Source: an uncultured Clostridia bacterium (GTDB taxonomy: Bacteria; Bacillota; Clostridia; TANB77; CAG-508). From it: a stretch of 64,000 bases of DNA. Positions 46,904 through 57,269 of the stretch are shown piece by piece. The notes under the pieces were generated by a model. The model saw only the letters and a program-made list of their open reading frames with translations. It ran no database searches and was not told the DNA's origin. Each line of letters opens with the position of its first letter. Position 1 is the first letter of the stretch. The translations under genes were made by a program, and so were the position numbers. The DNA is taken from assembly GCA_944388795.1 (NCBI GenBank), contig CALXKD010000003.1:10090-74089 (forward strand), read 5' to 3'.

Positions 46904-47908
46904 GTGGATTTTATTTTAAAAAAGAAACTAAAATTTTACACAAAAGAGTTTCTGAAATTTTTTAACATTACAATTATAGCTTTGGGTATCATAATCGCGA
47001 TTATATTAATAAAATATAAACCAATGTATAAAGTAAGTATTTCTGGGGAAGAAATTGGATATGTAGAAAATAAGCAAGCTTTAGAAGAAACATTAAAAGA
47101 GGAGATTACAGAAAATACAAGCAAAACAATTGAAGATATTCAATTAAATGATGAACCAGAATATGAGTTAAAATTAGTAAATAGAGCAGAAGATACAGAG
47201 GACAAAACATTAGTAGAAGAATTAAAAGAGGAAGTTACAGTTACGTATAAGTACTATGAGATAGCAGTACAAGAAACAGTTGTTGAAAAAGTAGATACAA
47301 GTGAAGAAGCAGAGGAATTGATAAATGAAATAAAAGAACAAAATAATAGTGAAGATATTGATTTAAGTATTGTAGAAAAATATACACAAAATGAAGAAGA
47401 AGCAAATACATCAGATTTAGAAGTAGCAAAGGCAAATGTTCAAGAAACAGTACAGACAGCTATAGAAGAAATTGAACAACAAAAGGAAGAAGAAGAAAGA
47501 TGGAACGCATTACCAAGTATTAATGGCATAAAATTAGCAGTAACACCAATAGAGGGAAGGATTACTTCAAGATATGGTGTTAGAAGTAGTATAAGAAAAT
47601 CAACACATACTGGATTAGATATTTCTGCAGTACAAGGTACAGCTATAAAAGTTATAGCAGATGGTACAGTAACAGCTGCAAGTTATAATGGATCTTATGG
47701 AAACTTAGTAAAAGTTGACCATGGAAATGGTGTAGAAACTTGGTATGCACATACAAGTAAAATGTATGTGAAAAAAGGAGATACTGTGAAAGCTGGAGAT
47801 GTTATTGCTGCTGTTGGTTCGACAGGAAATTCAACAGGACCACATTTACATTTAGAAATTAGAGTAAATGGAGAACATGTTAATCCGCAAGATTATTTAT
47901 ATAAATAG
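46904..47908 (+). CDS. M23-family (LytM-type) peptidoglycan metalloendopeptidase, membrane-anchored
   Basis: N-terminal TM, an acidic coiled linker, and C-terminal M23 motifs HTGLDI and GSTGNSTGPHLHLEI. The GTG start sits only about 2 nt after GGAG, so the exact start is uncertain. Confidence 0.85.
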   Translation: MDFILKKKLKFYTKEFLKFFNITIIALGIIIAIILIKYKPMYKVSISGEEIGYVENKQALEETLKEEITENTSKTIEDIQLNDEPEYELKLVNRAEDTEDKTLVEELKEEVTVTYKYYEIAVQETVVEKVDTSEEAEELINEIKEQNNSEDIDLSIVEKYTQNEEEANTSDLEVAKANVQETVQTAIEEIEQQKEEEERWNALPSINGIKLAVTPIEGRITSRYGVRSSIRKSTHTGLDISAVQGTAIKVIADGTVTAASYNGSYGNLVKVDHGNGVETWYAHTSKMYVKKGDTVKAGDVIAAVGSTGNSTGPHLHLEIRVNGEHVNPQDYLYK

Positions 47909-47912
47909 AAGA

Positions 47913-47949
47913 AAACACATTTAGAATTGTAAACTAAATGTGTTTTTTT
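47913..47949 (+). terminator. Rho-independent terminator
   Basis: Perfect 12-bp stem AAACACATTTAG / CTAAATGTGTTT followed by T7. Confidence 0.8.
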
Positions 47950-48126
47950 ATTGCAAAAATCTATAGCGTTTAGAAGGTTTGACTTGAAAAGTTACATAAA
48001 GTATGTTAACATAGTTGCATACTAGTTATATGATGCTTAAAATAAAATTTTATTAAAGAAAGGAAGATGTAAAAACAGCGAAACAACGTAACTTATTAAC
48101 ACTGATTAAAAAAGGAGGATTCCTAA

Positions 48127-49173
48127 ATGAGCTATCAAATCACAATACGGGTAACAGGAGAAGAGGATAAAAAAAATCTTCTCAAAGCAATTTTGCCGGG
48201 GATGGATATCCAAATGGAAGGCGACATTATCGTTAGAGAAGATAATTGCTTCGAGAAAACGAAAGTAATTATGGAGGCATTAGCCAAAATGTCACCAGCA
48301 CAGGAGGAGAAGAAACCAGATGAAAATAAGGAAATATCTGGTAATCTGGTAAAAAAATCGACTGAAGTAGGAAGCGGACAGCAGAAAGTAAAGGCTGTAA
48401 AGAGAAAGAAAAACAGCCGGAGTAATGAAATCTTAAGATTCATGCAGGAAAATCCTATAAAGGAGTATAGGGTTAAAGACCTTTCTGAAAAGTTAGGATG
48501 CTCTTATGCAGCGGCTAGCTCTGCCATGTATAAATTGTTACAGGAAGGTTTAATCACAAGAACGGATAAAGCCTATAAATTGGTGGAGGCTGTGGAAAGT
48601 ACCGCACCTGTAGCAACTGAAGCGGAAGCACAGGAGATATCGGGAACGACTAAAGAAGTAAAAACTGATAAAAATGTAGGCAAATCATCAGAAGAAAAGG
48701 CCAAACCTGCTGCAGCTCAAGCTGTGCAGATTCCGAAAGAAACGCCGAAGATATCGAAAACAGTAAAAAAACAGGCGGTACCAGTAAAAATTGAGGAAAT
48801 TAAAAAGTGCTTTGGTAAGGAAAAATATGAGGACATACTTATGTTCCTGTTTCCGAAAAAGACAACCTTTACAGTAGAAAAATTGAAAAATAGCTTTTAT
48901 ACACAAGAGAAAGAAATAACTGAATTAATTCAGTTATTTATAGATGAAGTATTTATTCCTAATGAAGGTATGGAGGGCCGTTACACAATCTCAAATAAGT
49001 GGAGAATTTATGCATACCTTCTGAAGGCTGGAAAAATGGTGGAAGAAGGCACCATAAAGTACGATTTAGGGATAAGTGATAAGGATTTATACCTGGCAAC
49101 TGAAAAAGCAATTGGACAAGGACTGCTGAGAAAGAAAGAGGTAAGAGACAGGATGGTATATGGTGTAAAATAA
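48127..49173 (+). CDS. Hypothetical multi-winged-helix protein in a higher-G+C segment
   Basis: Strong SD AAGGAGGA. Hand-counted lines give 40-50% G+C. MarR-like wHTH segment ILRFMQENPIKEYRVKDLSEKLGCSYAAASSAMYKLLQEGLITR, low-complexity K/E/A/P linkers, and further wHTH-like C-terminal segments. Confidence 0.6.
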   Translation: MSYQITIRVTGEEDKKNLLKAILPGMDIQMEGDIIVREDNCFEKTKVIMEALAKMSPAQEEKKPDENKEISGNLVKKSTEVGSGQQKVKAVKRKKNSRSNEILRFMQENPIKEYRVKDLSEKLGCSYAAASSAMYKLLQEGLITRTDKAYKLVEAVESTAPVATEAEAQEISGTTKEVKTDKNVGKSSEEKAKPAAAQAVQIPKETPKISKTVKKQAVPVKIEEIKKCFGKEKYEDILMFLFPKKTTFTVEKLKNSFYTQEKEITELIQLFIDEVFIPNEGMEGRYTISNKWRIYAYLLKAGKMVEEGTIKYDLGISDKDLYLATEKAIGQGLLRKKEVRDRMVYGVK

Positions 49174-49198
49174 GTAAAGTAATATAAGGGTAGCTGTG

Positions 49199-49236
49199 AG
49201 AAGACGGGAGAGTGTACTTTCCCGCCTTCTTTTTTA
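49199..49236 (+). terminator. GC-rich rho-independent terminator
   Basis: AGAAGACGGG / CCCGCCTTCT stem (one A-C mismatch), 12-nt loop, then T6. Confidence 0.7.
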
Positions 49237-49287
49237 TGTATTTGTCGATAAATGTTATTAAAACTGAAAAATATCCCTTTTTTATTA

Positions 49288-49315
49288 TTGACATTTCATT
49301 CCAATCATATATAAT
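49288..49315 (+). promoter_or_regulatory. Candidate sigma-A promoter of adhE
   Basis: TTGACA (49288-49293), a 16-nt spacer, then TATAAT (49310-49315). Confidence 0.55.
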
Positions 49316-49354
49316 GGATTTGTGTAAAATAACCTATGAATGGAGGATTTTTTT

Positions 49355-51967
49355 ATGAGTGATAACGTAAATGAAGAAAAAGAAATTGAACAAATGATTA
49401 ATGACTTAGTAGAAAAAGCAAAAGTAGCATCTCAAGAGTATTTAAAATTAGACCAAGAAACAGTAAATAACATTACAAAGGCAATGGCAATGGCAGGTCT
49501 TGAAAATCACATGAGATTAGCAAAAATGGCAGTTGAAGAAACTAAAAGAGGTATCTATGAAGATAAGATTACAAAGAATATGTTTGCAACAGAATATATA
49601 TATCATAGTATCAAATATGAAAAGACAGTCGGTATTATAGATGAAAATGTAGAAGATGATTATGTAGAGATTGCAGAACCAATCGGAATTATAGCAGGGG
49701 TTACACCTGTTACAAATCCAACATCAACAACCATGTTTAAATCTATTATATCAGCAAAAACGAGAAATGTTATCATATTTGGTTTTCACCCATCTGCACA
49801 AAAATGTAGTGTGGAAGCGGCTAGAATTTTAAGAGATGCAGCTGTAAAAGCAGGGGCACCAGAAAATTGTATTTTATGGATTGAAAAACCAAGTATTACA
49901 GCTACAAGATTATTAATGAATCACCCAGATGTCAATCTAATTTTAGCAACAGGTGGGACAGGCATGGTTAAATCCGCTTATTCTTGTGGAAAACCGGCAT
50001 TAGGTGTAGGACCTGGAAATGTTCCATGCTATATTGATAAAACAGCAAAATTAGAAACATCAGTAAATGATTTAGTCATGTCAAAAGCATTTGATAATGG
50101 TATGATTTGTGCATCAGAACAAGCAGTCATTATAGATAAAGAAATTCAAAAAAGATTTGAAGAATTAATGAAAAAAGCAGGTTGCTATTTTGTCAATAAA
50201 GAAGAAAAAGAAAAATTAGCGAATAGTATGTTTGAAAAATTAGAAAATGGAGATTACAAATTAAAATCACATGTACCAGGACAATATCCTCATACAATTG
50301 CCAAAGATGCTGGATTTGAAATTCCAGAAGATACAAAAGTAATCGTTGTACCTGAAACAGGAGTTGGAAAAGAATATCCATTCTCAAAAGAAAAATTAAG
50401 TCCAGTATTAACATACTATGTTGTAAAAGATGAAGATGAAGGAATACCATTAGCAGAAAAATTACTAGAATTTGGTGGACTAGGACATTCAGCTGTTATT
50501 CATTCAGAAAATAAAGATACAATTTTAAGATTTTCAGAAACCATGAAGGCAGGAAGAATTATTGTAAACTCTCCATCAACACATGGAGCAATTGGTGATA
50601 TATATAATACAAACATGCCATCATTAACATTAGGTTGTGGTTCATTTGGTGGAAACTCAACGACAGCCAATGTATCATCAGTAAACTTGATTAATATAAA
50701 AAGAGTTGCAAATAGGAGGGTTAATATGCAATGGTTTAAAGTTCCAGAAAAAATATATTTTGAAGCAGGTTCAATTGCTTATTTAGAGAAAATGCCAAAT
50801 ATTGAAAGAGCATTTATAGTAACAGATCCAGGAATGGTAAAATTAGGATATGTAGATAAAATTTTGTATCACTTAAGAAATAGACAACATTATGTGCATT
50901 CAGAAATCTTTAGTGAAGTAGAATCAGACCCATCATTTGATACCATCATGAAAGGTGTTGAAGCAATGAAAAACTTCAAACCAGATGTCATTATTGCATT
51001 AGGAGGAGGAAGTCCAATTGATGCAGCAAAAGGAATGTGGCTATTCTATGAACATCCAGAAGCAGATCCAGAAGGTTTAAAATTGAAATTTATGGATATA
51101 AGAAAACGTACCTATAAATTCCCTAAATTAGGAGAAAAATGTCAAATGGTAGCCATTCCAACAACATCAGGTACAGGTTCAGAGGTAACATCATTTGCCG
51201 TTATCACAGATAAAGAGAAAAATAAAAAATATCCATTAGCAGATTATGAATTAACACCAGATGTAGCAATCGTAGATCCAGATTTAGTTATGAGTTTACC
51301 AAAATCTATTACAGCAGATACAGGAATGGATGTATTAACACATGCATTAGAAGCATATGTTTCAAATATGGCATCAGATTATACAGATGGACTAGCTGAA
51401 AAAGCAGTAGAATTAGTATTCCAATACTTAGAACAAGCATATGATGATGGAACCAATAAAGTGGCTCGTGAAAAAATGCATAATGCAAGTACAATTGCAG
51501 GTATGGCTTTCACAAATGCCTTTTTAGGAGTTAACCACTCAATGGCACATAAAATTGGTGCAGAATTCCATTTACCACATGGAAGAATTAATGCAATTTT
51601 ATTACCATATGTGGTAAGATATAATGCTACAAAACCAACAAAATTTGTTTCATTCCCTAAATATGAATATTTCATTGCTGATAAAAAATATTCTGAAATA
51701 GCAAAAAAAGCAGGATTAAAAGCAAAAACAGTTGAAGAGGGAATTAGTAGCTTAATTGAAAAAATTAAAGAAATGAATGAACATATGAATATTCCAAAAT
51801 CATTTAAAGATGCTGGAATTGATGAACAAGAATTTTTATCAAAAGTGGATATGTTAGCAGATAGAGCTTTTGAAGATCAATGTACAACAGCTAACCCAAG
51901 AGTACCACTAGTATCAGAAATAAAACAAATTTTATTAGATAGTTATTATGGAAAAGAAGTAAAATAG
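49355..51967 (+). CDS. adhE: Bifunctional acetaldehyde-CoA / alcohol dehydrogenase
   Basis: N-terminal aldehyde dehydrogenase domain (catalytic Cys context DNGMICASEQ) fused to an iron-type alcohol dehydrogenase (GGGSPIDAAK, His cluster). ATG 49355 lies 7 nt after GGAGGA. Confidence 0.95.
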   Translation: MSDNVNEEKEIEQMINDLVEKAKVASQEYLKLDQETVNNITKAMAMAGLENHMRLAKMAVEETKRGIYEDKITKNMFATEYIYHSIKYEKTVGIIDENVEDDYVEIAEPIGIIAGVTPVTNPTSTTMFKSIISAKTRNVIIFGFHPSAQKCSVEAARILRDAAVKAGAPENCILWIEKPSITATRLLMNHPDVNLILATGGTGMVKSAYSCGKPALGVGPGNVPCYIDKTAKLETSVNDLVMSKAFDNGMICASEQAVIIDKEIQKRFEELMKKAGCYFVNKEEKEKLANSMFEKLENGDYKLKSHVPGQYPHTIAKDAGFEIPEDTKVIVVPETGVGKEYPFSKEKLSPVLTYYVVKDEDEGIPLAEKLLEFGGLGHSAVIHSENKDTILRFSETMKAGRIIVNSPSTHGAIGDIYNTNMPSLTLGCGSFGGNSTTANVSSVNLINIKRVANRRVNMQWFKVPEKIYFEAGSIAYLEKMPNIERAFIVTDPGMVKLGYVDKILYHLRNRQHYVHSEIFSEVESDPSFDTIMKGVEAMKNFKPDVIIALGGGSPIDAAKGMWLFYEHPEADPEGLKLKFMDIRKRTYKFPKLGEKCQMVAIPTTSGTGSEVTSFAVITDKEKNKKYPLADYELTPDVAIVDPDLVMSLPKSITADTGMDVLTHALEAYVSNMASDYTDGLAEKAVELVFQYLEQAYDDGTNKVAREKMHNASTIAGMAFTNAFLGVNHSMAHKIGAEFHLPHGRINAILLPYVVRYNATKPTKFVSFPKYEYFIADKKYSEIAKKAGLKAKTVEEGISSLIEKIKEMNEHMNIPKSFKDAGIDEQEFLSKVDMLADRAFEDQCTTANPRVPLVSEIKQILLDSYYGKEVK

Positions 51968-51978
51968 GAGAGAGGTAA

Positions 51979-53244
51979 ATGAGCTTAAAAGATATAGGTA
52001 AAAGATTCCAAGAAAAGTTTCTAGGAAAGAAAACAGTAGCGCAGATAGTAGAAGAAGAAGTTGTAAAACCAATACAAGGTCAAAATTTAACACCAGAAGA
52101 ACGAATAGAAAGACAGGCAGAAAAGATTATAAGGGCATTGAAGGAATATCCAGAGGATAGCGATGCGATAATGAAAAGAGTAAATGCGGATTCTCGAATT
52201 CCACAACGAGCTATAGATCAATCAGCACGAAAAGCAACGGATTCTCCAGAAGTTTCAGCCAATGTAGCAGCTACAATAGCAAAGGGAGCTTCAGATGCTG
52301 CAACATTGTATGTAATGGAAAATTCAAATTTATCACAGAATGCTGCAATAGAAGTAGCCCACACATTGGAGGATGAGGAGGCACAGAAAGAGGGGGCGTG
52401 TACATTACTTGTAAAATTATATAACTCGCTAAAAACATTTGAACAACAGGATATCCTATCTACTAAAATACAAAATAGTTTAGTAGGAGAGGAAATGACA
52501 GATGATGTTAAGCGTGAATTATATAAAGTGATTGCTAAAAATTTTGCATTAACATATTATCAATGTAATGGTGCAATTAGTTTGTATAATATGGAGAAAA
52601 TAATTCCATTAGATGAAATGATGAGAGTAAAAATGCCTCAAAAAATTGAAGAAGAGTATATTAGTTTATTAAAAGACGGTGAGGAAAATAAATTTGATGA
52701 AGAATATGTTACAGATATTTTCTTAGAAAAAATAGCACAGGAATCATCAAAAGAAGCGAAAGAACAGGGAAAATCAGTAGATTTGTTTTCACCATCTGAT
52801 TTAGGAAATCTTACAGATGAAGAAATTGAAAAGTATTTGGATTTTTTAAGCAAATACACTCCTAGCCTAACAGATTTAACACGAGGAAATATAAGAGATA
52901 GGTTGAAAGAGCAAGAACAAGATATGTATACTGTTGATCAATTTATTTCCACTTTAAGGGATTTACCTGATGGAGAAAGAGGAAGATATCTTCGTATGTT
53001 ATCAACTTTAAGCACTAGAGAGATGGATACAGTTGCACAATGTATTGAATCAGGGCTGATAGAAAATTTAAGCAAGAAGAAGGTAAAGGATAGAGGACAA
53101 TATCTTCGTGCAATTAATAGTTCAATTGAAAAAAGACAAGAAAGAGAAAATAAAGAAAATGAATCTACCGCAAAATATAAAATAGCAAGCAGAGAAGAAA
53201 CACCTAAAGTAAAAAGAGCAGAATGGGGAGATGAGCCTAGATAA
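51979..53244 (+). CDS. Hypothetical, predicted all-helical cytoplasmic protein
   Basis: SD GGAGAGAGG. It starts 12 nt after the adhE stop. There is no TM segment or signal peptide and no motif I recognise. G+C is moderately raised (hand-counted lines 35-47%). Confidence 0.6.
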   Translation: MSLKDIGKRFQEKFLGKKTVAQIVEEEVVKPIQGQNLTPEERIERQAEKIIRALKEYPEDSDAIMKRVNADSRIPQRAIDQSARKATDSPEVSANVAATIAKGASDAATLYVMENSNLSQNAAIEVAHTLEDEEAQKEGACTLLVKLYNSLKTFEQQDILSTKIQNSLVGEEMTDDVKRELYKVIAKNFALTYYQCNGAISLYNMEKIIPLDEMMRVKMPQKIEEEYISLLKDGEENKFDEEYVTDIFLEKIAQESSKEAKEQGKSVDLFSPSDLGNLTDEEIEKYLDFLSKYTPSLTDLTRGNIRDRLKEQEQDMYTVDQFISTLRDLPDGERGRYLRMLSTLSTREMDTVAQCIESGLIENLSKKKVKDRGQYLRAINSSIEKRQERENKENESTAKYKIASREETPKVKRAEWGDEPR

Positions 53245-53269
53245 AAGCCAATTTGGCTTTTATTTTTTA
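53243..53269 (+). terminator. Rho-independent terminator
   Basis: AAAGCCA / TGGCTTT stem followed by TATTTTTT. Confidence 0.6.
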
Positions 53270-53391
53270 CCATTTTATAAGTTCATGAAAAAAACACAAT
53301 TTAAATATGTTTTAGAAACAATTCTAGGATAGGATATGCATATACTAAATAGGAACAAACATAAATATCCTATGAGGAGTTGTGATGAAAT

Positions 53392-54054
53392 ATGAAAAAA
53401 GATAAAGGCAAAGAATTAGGAATTGTAGAGATGAAGAACTTTTTAAGTTATGATGAAAAAATAGAAGAAAAGACGAATACATTTGAAAAAATCATGGCAA
53501 TTTATGAGATGGCCATTACAGAATTAGAAACAAAAATGAATATATTACAAAAAGAATTTAAAGTATTTTATAACTATGATTTAATTGATCATATCAATAC
53601 AAGAATAAAAGAGCCAGATAGTATTGTAAACAAAATGAAGAAAAAAGGTTATGAACTTACATACAAGGAAATGATAGAAAATATTAATGACATAGCTGGT
53701 GTTAGAATTATATGTCAGTTAAAAGATGACATATTTAAAATTAGAAATTTAATCGAAGAATTACCAGGAATTCAGATTGAAAAAGAAAAAGACTATGTAA
53801 ATCATCCAAAAGAAAGTGGGTATTCTAGTTATCATATGATTATAAAAATACCAGTGACTTTATCAAAACAAACCATATATGTGAAAGTAGAAGTACAAAT
53901 ACGAACAATGGCAATGGATTTCTGGGCTAGCCTAGAGCATAAGATGAAATACAAAACAGATAAAGAAGTTAACAAGAAAACTTCCAAAGAATTAGTTAAT
54001 TATGCAAAAATTGTGAATAGAATGGATAATAAAATCATGTTAATGAATAATTAA
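53392..54054 (+). CDS. relQ: Small alarmone synthetase (RelQ/RelP-type GTP pyrophosphokinase)
   Basis: Single RelA/SpoT synthetase domain: DIAGVRIICQ, GYSSYHMII, EVQIRTMAMDFWASLEH. About 220 aa with no hydrolase domain. Confidence 0.85.
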   Translation: MKKDKGKELGIVEMKNFLSYDEKIEEKTNTFEKIMAIYEMAITELETKMNILQKEFKVFYNYDLIDHINTRIKEPDSIVNKMKKKGYELTYKEMIENINDIAGVRIICQLKDDIFKIRNLIEELPGIQIEKEKDYVNHPKESGYSSYHMIIKIPVTLSKQTIYVKVEVQIRTMAMDFWASLEHKMKYKTDKEVNKKTSKELVNYAKIVNRMDNKIMLMNN

Positions 54055-54072
54055 AGTAAAATGTGCAATTGG

Positions 54073-54098
54073 AAATGTCCCAATTGGACATTTTTTTT
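54073..54098 (+). terminator. Rho-independent terminator
   Basis: AAATGTCC / GGACATTT stem, CAATT loop, then T8. Confidence 0.8.
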
Positions 54099-54183
54099 GA
54101 ACAAAGAGAAGGATTTATGTAAAATACGTCGAATAATATAATTATGTATAGTTATTTGAAATATTTTAGGAAAGGAGTAAATA

Positions 54184-55971
54184 ATGGCAAGATATAGTGA
54201 TGAAATCATTGATGATGTAAGGCAGTCTAATGATATTGTAGATGTGATATCACAATATGTAAGGCTAAAAAGAAGTGGCAGAAATTATTTTGGGCTATGT
54301 CCTTTTCACAATGAAAAATCACCTTCATTTTCAGTATCTCCAGAAAAACAAATATTTCATTGCTTTGGTTGTGGTGTTGGGGGAAATGTATTTACATTTT
54401 TGACAAAGATTGAAGGCATCAATTTTGTAGAGGCTGTCCAACTTTTAGCAGAAAGAGCCAATATACAATTACCAACATTAGAAAATAATGTAGATTCAGC
54501 AAAAGAGGCTTTAAAAACAAAGGTATATAAAGTAAATGAATTTACAGCAAAATATTATCATGAAAATTTGTATAGACCAGAGTCTAAAATAGCTCAAGAA
54601 TACATAAAGAAAAGAAAATTATCAAATGAAACATTAAAATCTTTTCAAATTGGATTTTCAGGAAAATTTGATGAATTATATAAGGAACTAAAAAAACAAG
54701 GCTTTGAAGATAGGGAAATTTTAGAGTCTGGCTTAGTGAATAAAAATGAAAGAGGACAATATATTGATAGGTATAGAAACAGATTAATGTTTCCTATATG
54801 TGATGTAAGAGGAAGAGTGATTGCGTTTGGAGGAAGAGTGTTAGACGATTCAAAACCTAAATATATAAATTCTCCTGAAAATGTTGTATATAGTAAGGGA
54901 AGACATCTATATGGACTAAATGTTGCCAAAAAGTATGATATAAAAAAAAGACTACTTATCGTAGAAGGATATATGGATGTGGTATCTCTTCATCAAAGAG
55001 ATATTCATAATGTGGTTGCCTCTTTAGGAACAGCACTAACCCAACAACAAGGCTATTTGCTAAGAAACAACACAGAGCAAATTATATTAAGTTATGATTC
55101 AGATGAGGCTGGACAAACTGCTAAAGTAAGAGCGATGGAAATATTGCAAAATATGGGGTGTGATATTCGTGTCTTACAAATGGAAGGTGCAAAAGATCCT
55201 GATGAATATGTTATTAAATATGGAAATGCAAGATTTCAAAATTTAGTCGACAAAGCTATTTCTGTTATCGAATTTAAAGTCAAAATATTAAGGCAATCTT
55301 TAAATTTAGATAGTACCAATGATAAAATAAAATTTTTAAATGAAATTGCAAAATTAATCGCAAAAATTGACAATAGCATGGAAAGAGAAGTTTATATAGA
55401 AAAAATAGCAAAAGAATATGATGTTTCAAAAGAAGCAATCTATGCAGAGGTCAATAAATTAACATATAAAGAAAATGTAGATGAAAAAATATTGAATAAA
55501 GCCAAACCAGTAATCAAGCATTTGGAAAAAACAAATGAGGATACTGTTTCTGAAGCTGTTAAACGCAGAGAAAATACTATTTTAGCAATATTGCTTTCAG
55601 GAGATGTCAATATATATCAAATTATAAAACAAAATATAAAAATAGAGGATTTTAAGTATGATATAGATCATAAGATTGCTAGAAAACTGTATGAAGAATT
55701 TGAAAATGGAAATAGTAATATAAGCAGTATCATTGATAATTTATCAGAAGAGGAACAAAACCATATTACTATGATAATGGCAGAAGACTATGGAATTGAT
55801 GATGTAGAAAAAGCAATAGACGATATTATACAAACCTATGAAAAGGATAAATTAAATGAAAGAAAGCTTGAAATTTTAGAATTATTAGAAAATCCAACAG
55901 AAGAAAATCAAAAGAAAGAATTAGAAAAAGAGCTAAATGATATTATTATCAGGTTAGCAAAAATGAGATAG
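54184..55971 (+). CDS. dnaG: DNA primase
   Basis: Zinc-ribbon CPFHNEKSPSFSVSPEKQIFHCFGCGVGGN, RNA polymerase core, and TOPRIM (VEGYMDV, DSDEAGQ). Confidence 0.95.
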   Translation: MARYSDEIIDDVRQSNDIVDVISQYVRLKRSGRNYFGLCPFHNEKSPSFSVSPEKQIFHCFGCGVGGNVFTFLTKIEGINFVEAVQLLAERANIQLPTLENNVDSAKEALKTKVYKVNEFTAKYYHENLYRPESKIAQEYIKKRKLSNETLKSFQIGFSGKFDELYKELKKQGFEDREILESGLVNKNERGQYIDRYRNRLMFPICDVRGRVIAFGGRVLDDSKPKYINSPENVVYSKGRHLYGLNVAKKYDIKKRLLIVEGYMDVVSLHQRDIHNVVASLGTALTQQQGYLLRNNTEQIILSYDSDEAGQTAKVRAMEILQNMGCDIRVLQMEGAKDPDEYVIKYGNARFQNLVDKAISVIEFKVKILRQSLNLDSTNDKIKFLNEIAKLIAKIDNSMEREVYIEKIAKEYDVSKEAIYAEVNKLTYKENVDEKILNKAKPVIKHLEKTNEDTVSEAVKRRENTILAILLSGDVNIYQIIKQNIKIEDFKYDIDHKIARKLYEEFENGNSNISSIIDNLSEEEQNHITMIMAEDYGIDDVEKAIDDIIQTYEKDKLNERKLEILELLENPTEENQKKELEKELNDIIIRLAKMR

Positions 55972-55986
55972 GGGTGAATAGAAAAA

Positions 55987-57234
55987 ATGGCAAAAAAAGA
56001 AGAAAAAAAACAAGAAGATAAAAAACAGGAAGAATTAAAACAAGAAGAAAAGATTGAAAAAATTGAAAAGGTAAGAAAAAAAGCACATAAGAAGGCAGAG
56101 GAAGTAGAACAATCAAAAAAAGAGGAACATCTAGAAGAATCAGAAGAAACAAAAAAACTAAAAGAAGAAAAAGTAAATAACATATTAAAAAAAGCAAAAG
56201 AAAAAGGAAAAATCACATATGGTGATTTAGCATCTGAATTAGATGATGTAAATCCAGATCAAATCGATAAAGTATTTGATGCTTTTGAAGAAATGGGTGT
56301 GGATTTACTACAAGATGATATGGATGAAGAACCAGATATTGAGGACTTAAAAGAAGTAGAAGATTTAAAATTAGATGAAATTACAGATACTAGTTATGAA
56401 GGCATTAATGTTGATGATCCTGTAAGAATGTATTTAAGAGAAATTGGAAGAATTCCATTATTAACATTTGACGAGGAATTAGATTTGGCTAAAAAAGTAT
56501 TACAAGGAGATGAAGAAGCAAAACAAAAATTAGCAGAATCAAATTTAAGATTAGTTGTCAGCATTGCCAAAAAATATGTAGGAAGAGGTATGTTATTCCT
56601 AGATTTGATACAAGAAGGAAATATGGGATTAATTAAAGCAGTAGAAAAATTTGATTATACAAAAGGATTCAAATTTAGTACGTATGCTACATGGTGGATT
56701 AGACAAGCCATTACAAGAGCAATTGCAGACCAAGCAAGAACCATAAGAATACCAGTTCATATGGTAGAAACAATTAACAAATTAATTAGAACTTCTAGAC
56801 ATCTATTACAACAATTAGGAAGAGAACCAACCCCAGAAGAAATTGCAGCTGAAATGGAAATACCAGTTGAAAAGGTAATAGAAATACAAAAAATAGCACA
56901 AGACCCAGTATCATTAGAAACTCCAATAGGAGAAGAGGATGACAGTCATTTAGGTGATTTTATACAAGATGATGATTCTCCAGCACCTCAAGATTCAGCA
57001 GCATATACAATGCTTAGAGAGCAATTAGAAGAGGTAATGAATACATTAACACCAAGAGAAGCAAAAGTATTAAAATTAAGATTTGGATTGGAAGATGGAA
57101 AGTCAAGAACATTAGAAGAGGTAGGAAGAGAATTTCAAGTAACCAGAGAGAGAATTAGACAAATAGAAGCTAAGGCATTAAGAAAATTAAGACATCCAAG
57201 TAGAAGTAAGAAATTAAGAGATTACATGGGATAG
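55987..57234 (+). CDS. rpoD: Primary RNA polymerase sigma factor
   Basis: K/E-rich region 1, region 2.4 [27 protein letters not shown], and region 4 [27 protein letters not shown]. It follows dnaG, as in the classic operon. Confidence 0.95.
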   Translation: MAKKEEKKQEDKKQEELKQEEKIEKIEKVRKKAHKKAEEVEQSKKEEHLEESEETKKLKEEKVNNILKKAKEKGKITYGDLASELDDVNPDQIDKVFDAFEEMGVDLLQDDMDEEPDIEDLKEVEDLKLDEITDTSYEGINVDDPVRMYLREIGRIPLLTFDEELDLAKKVLQGDEEAKQKLAESNLRLVVSIAKKYVGRGMLFLDLIQEGNMGLIKAVEKFDYTKGFKFSTYATWWIRQAITRAIADQARTIRIPVHMVETINKLIRTSRHLLQQLGREPTPEEIAAEMEIPVEKVIEIQKIAQDPVSLETPIGEEDDSHLGDFIQDDDSPAPQDSAAYTMLREQLEEVMNTLTPREAKVLKLRFGLEDGKSRTLEEVGREFQVTRERIRQIEAKALRKLRHPSRSKKLRDYMG

Positions 57235-57269
57235 ATTAAAAATGAATAACTTGATAACGGAGGAAAAAT

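Noticed and set aside
53392-54054. The small alarmone synthetase might be a toxSAS toxin with a neighbouring antitoxin.
   Set aside because: The sequence reads like a housekeeping RelQ/RelP enzyme. It has its own terminator and no tightly coupled small ORF on either side. The upstream 421-aa ORFan ends with a terminator of its own.
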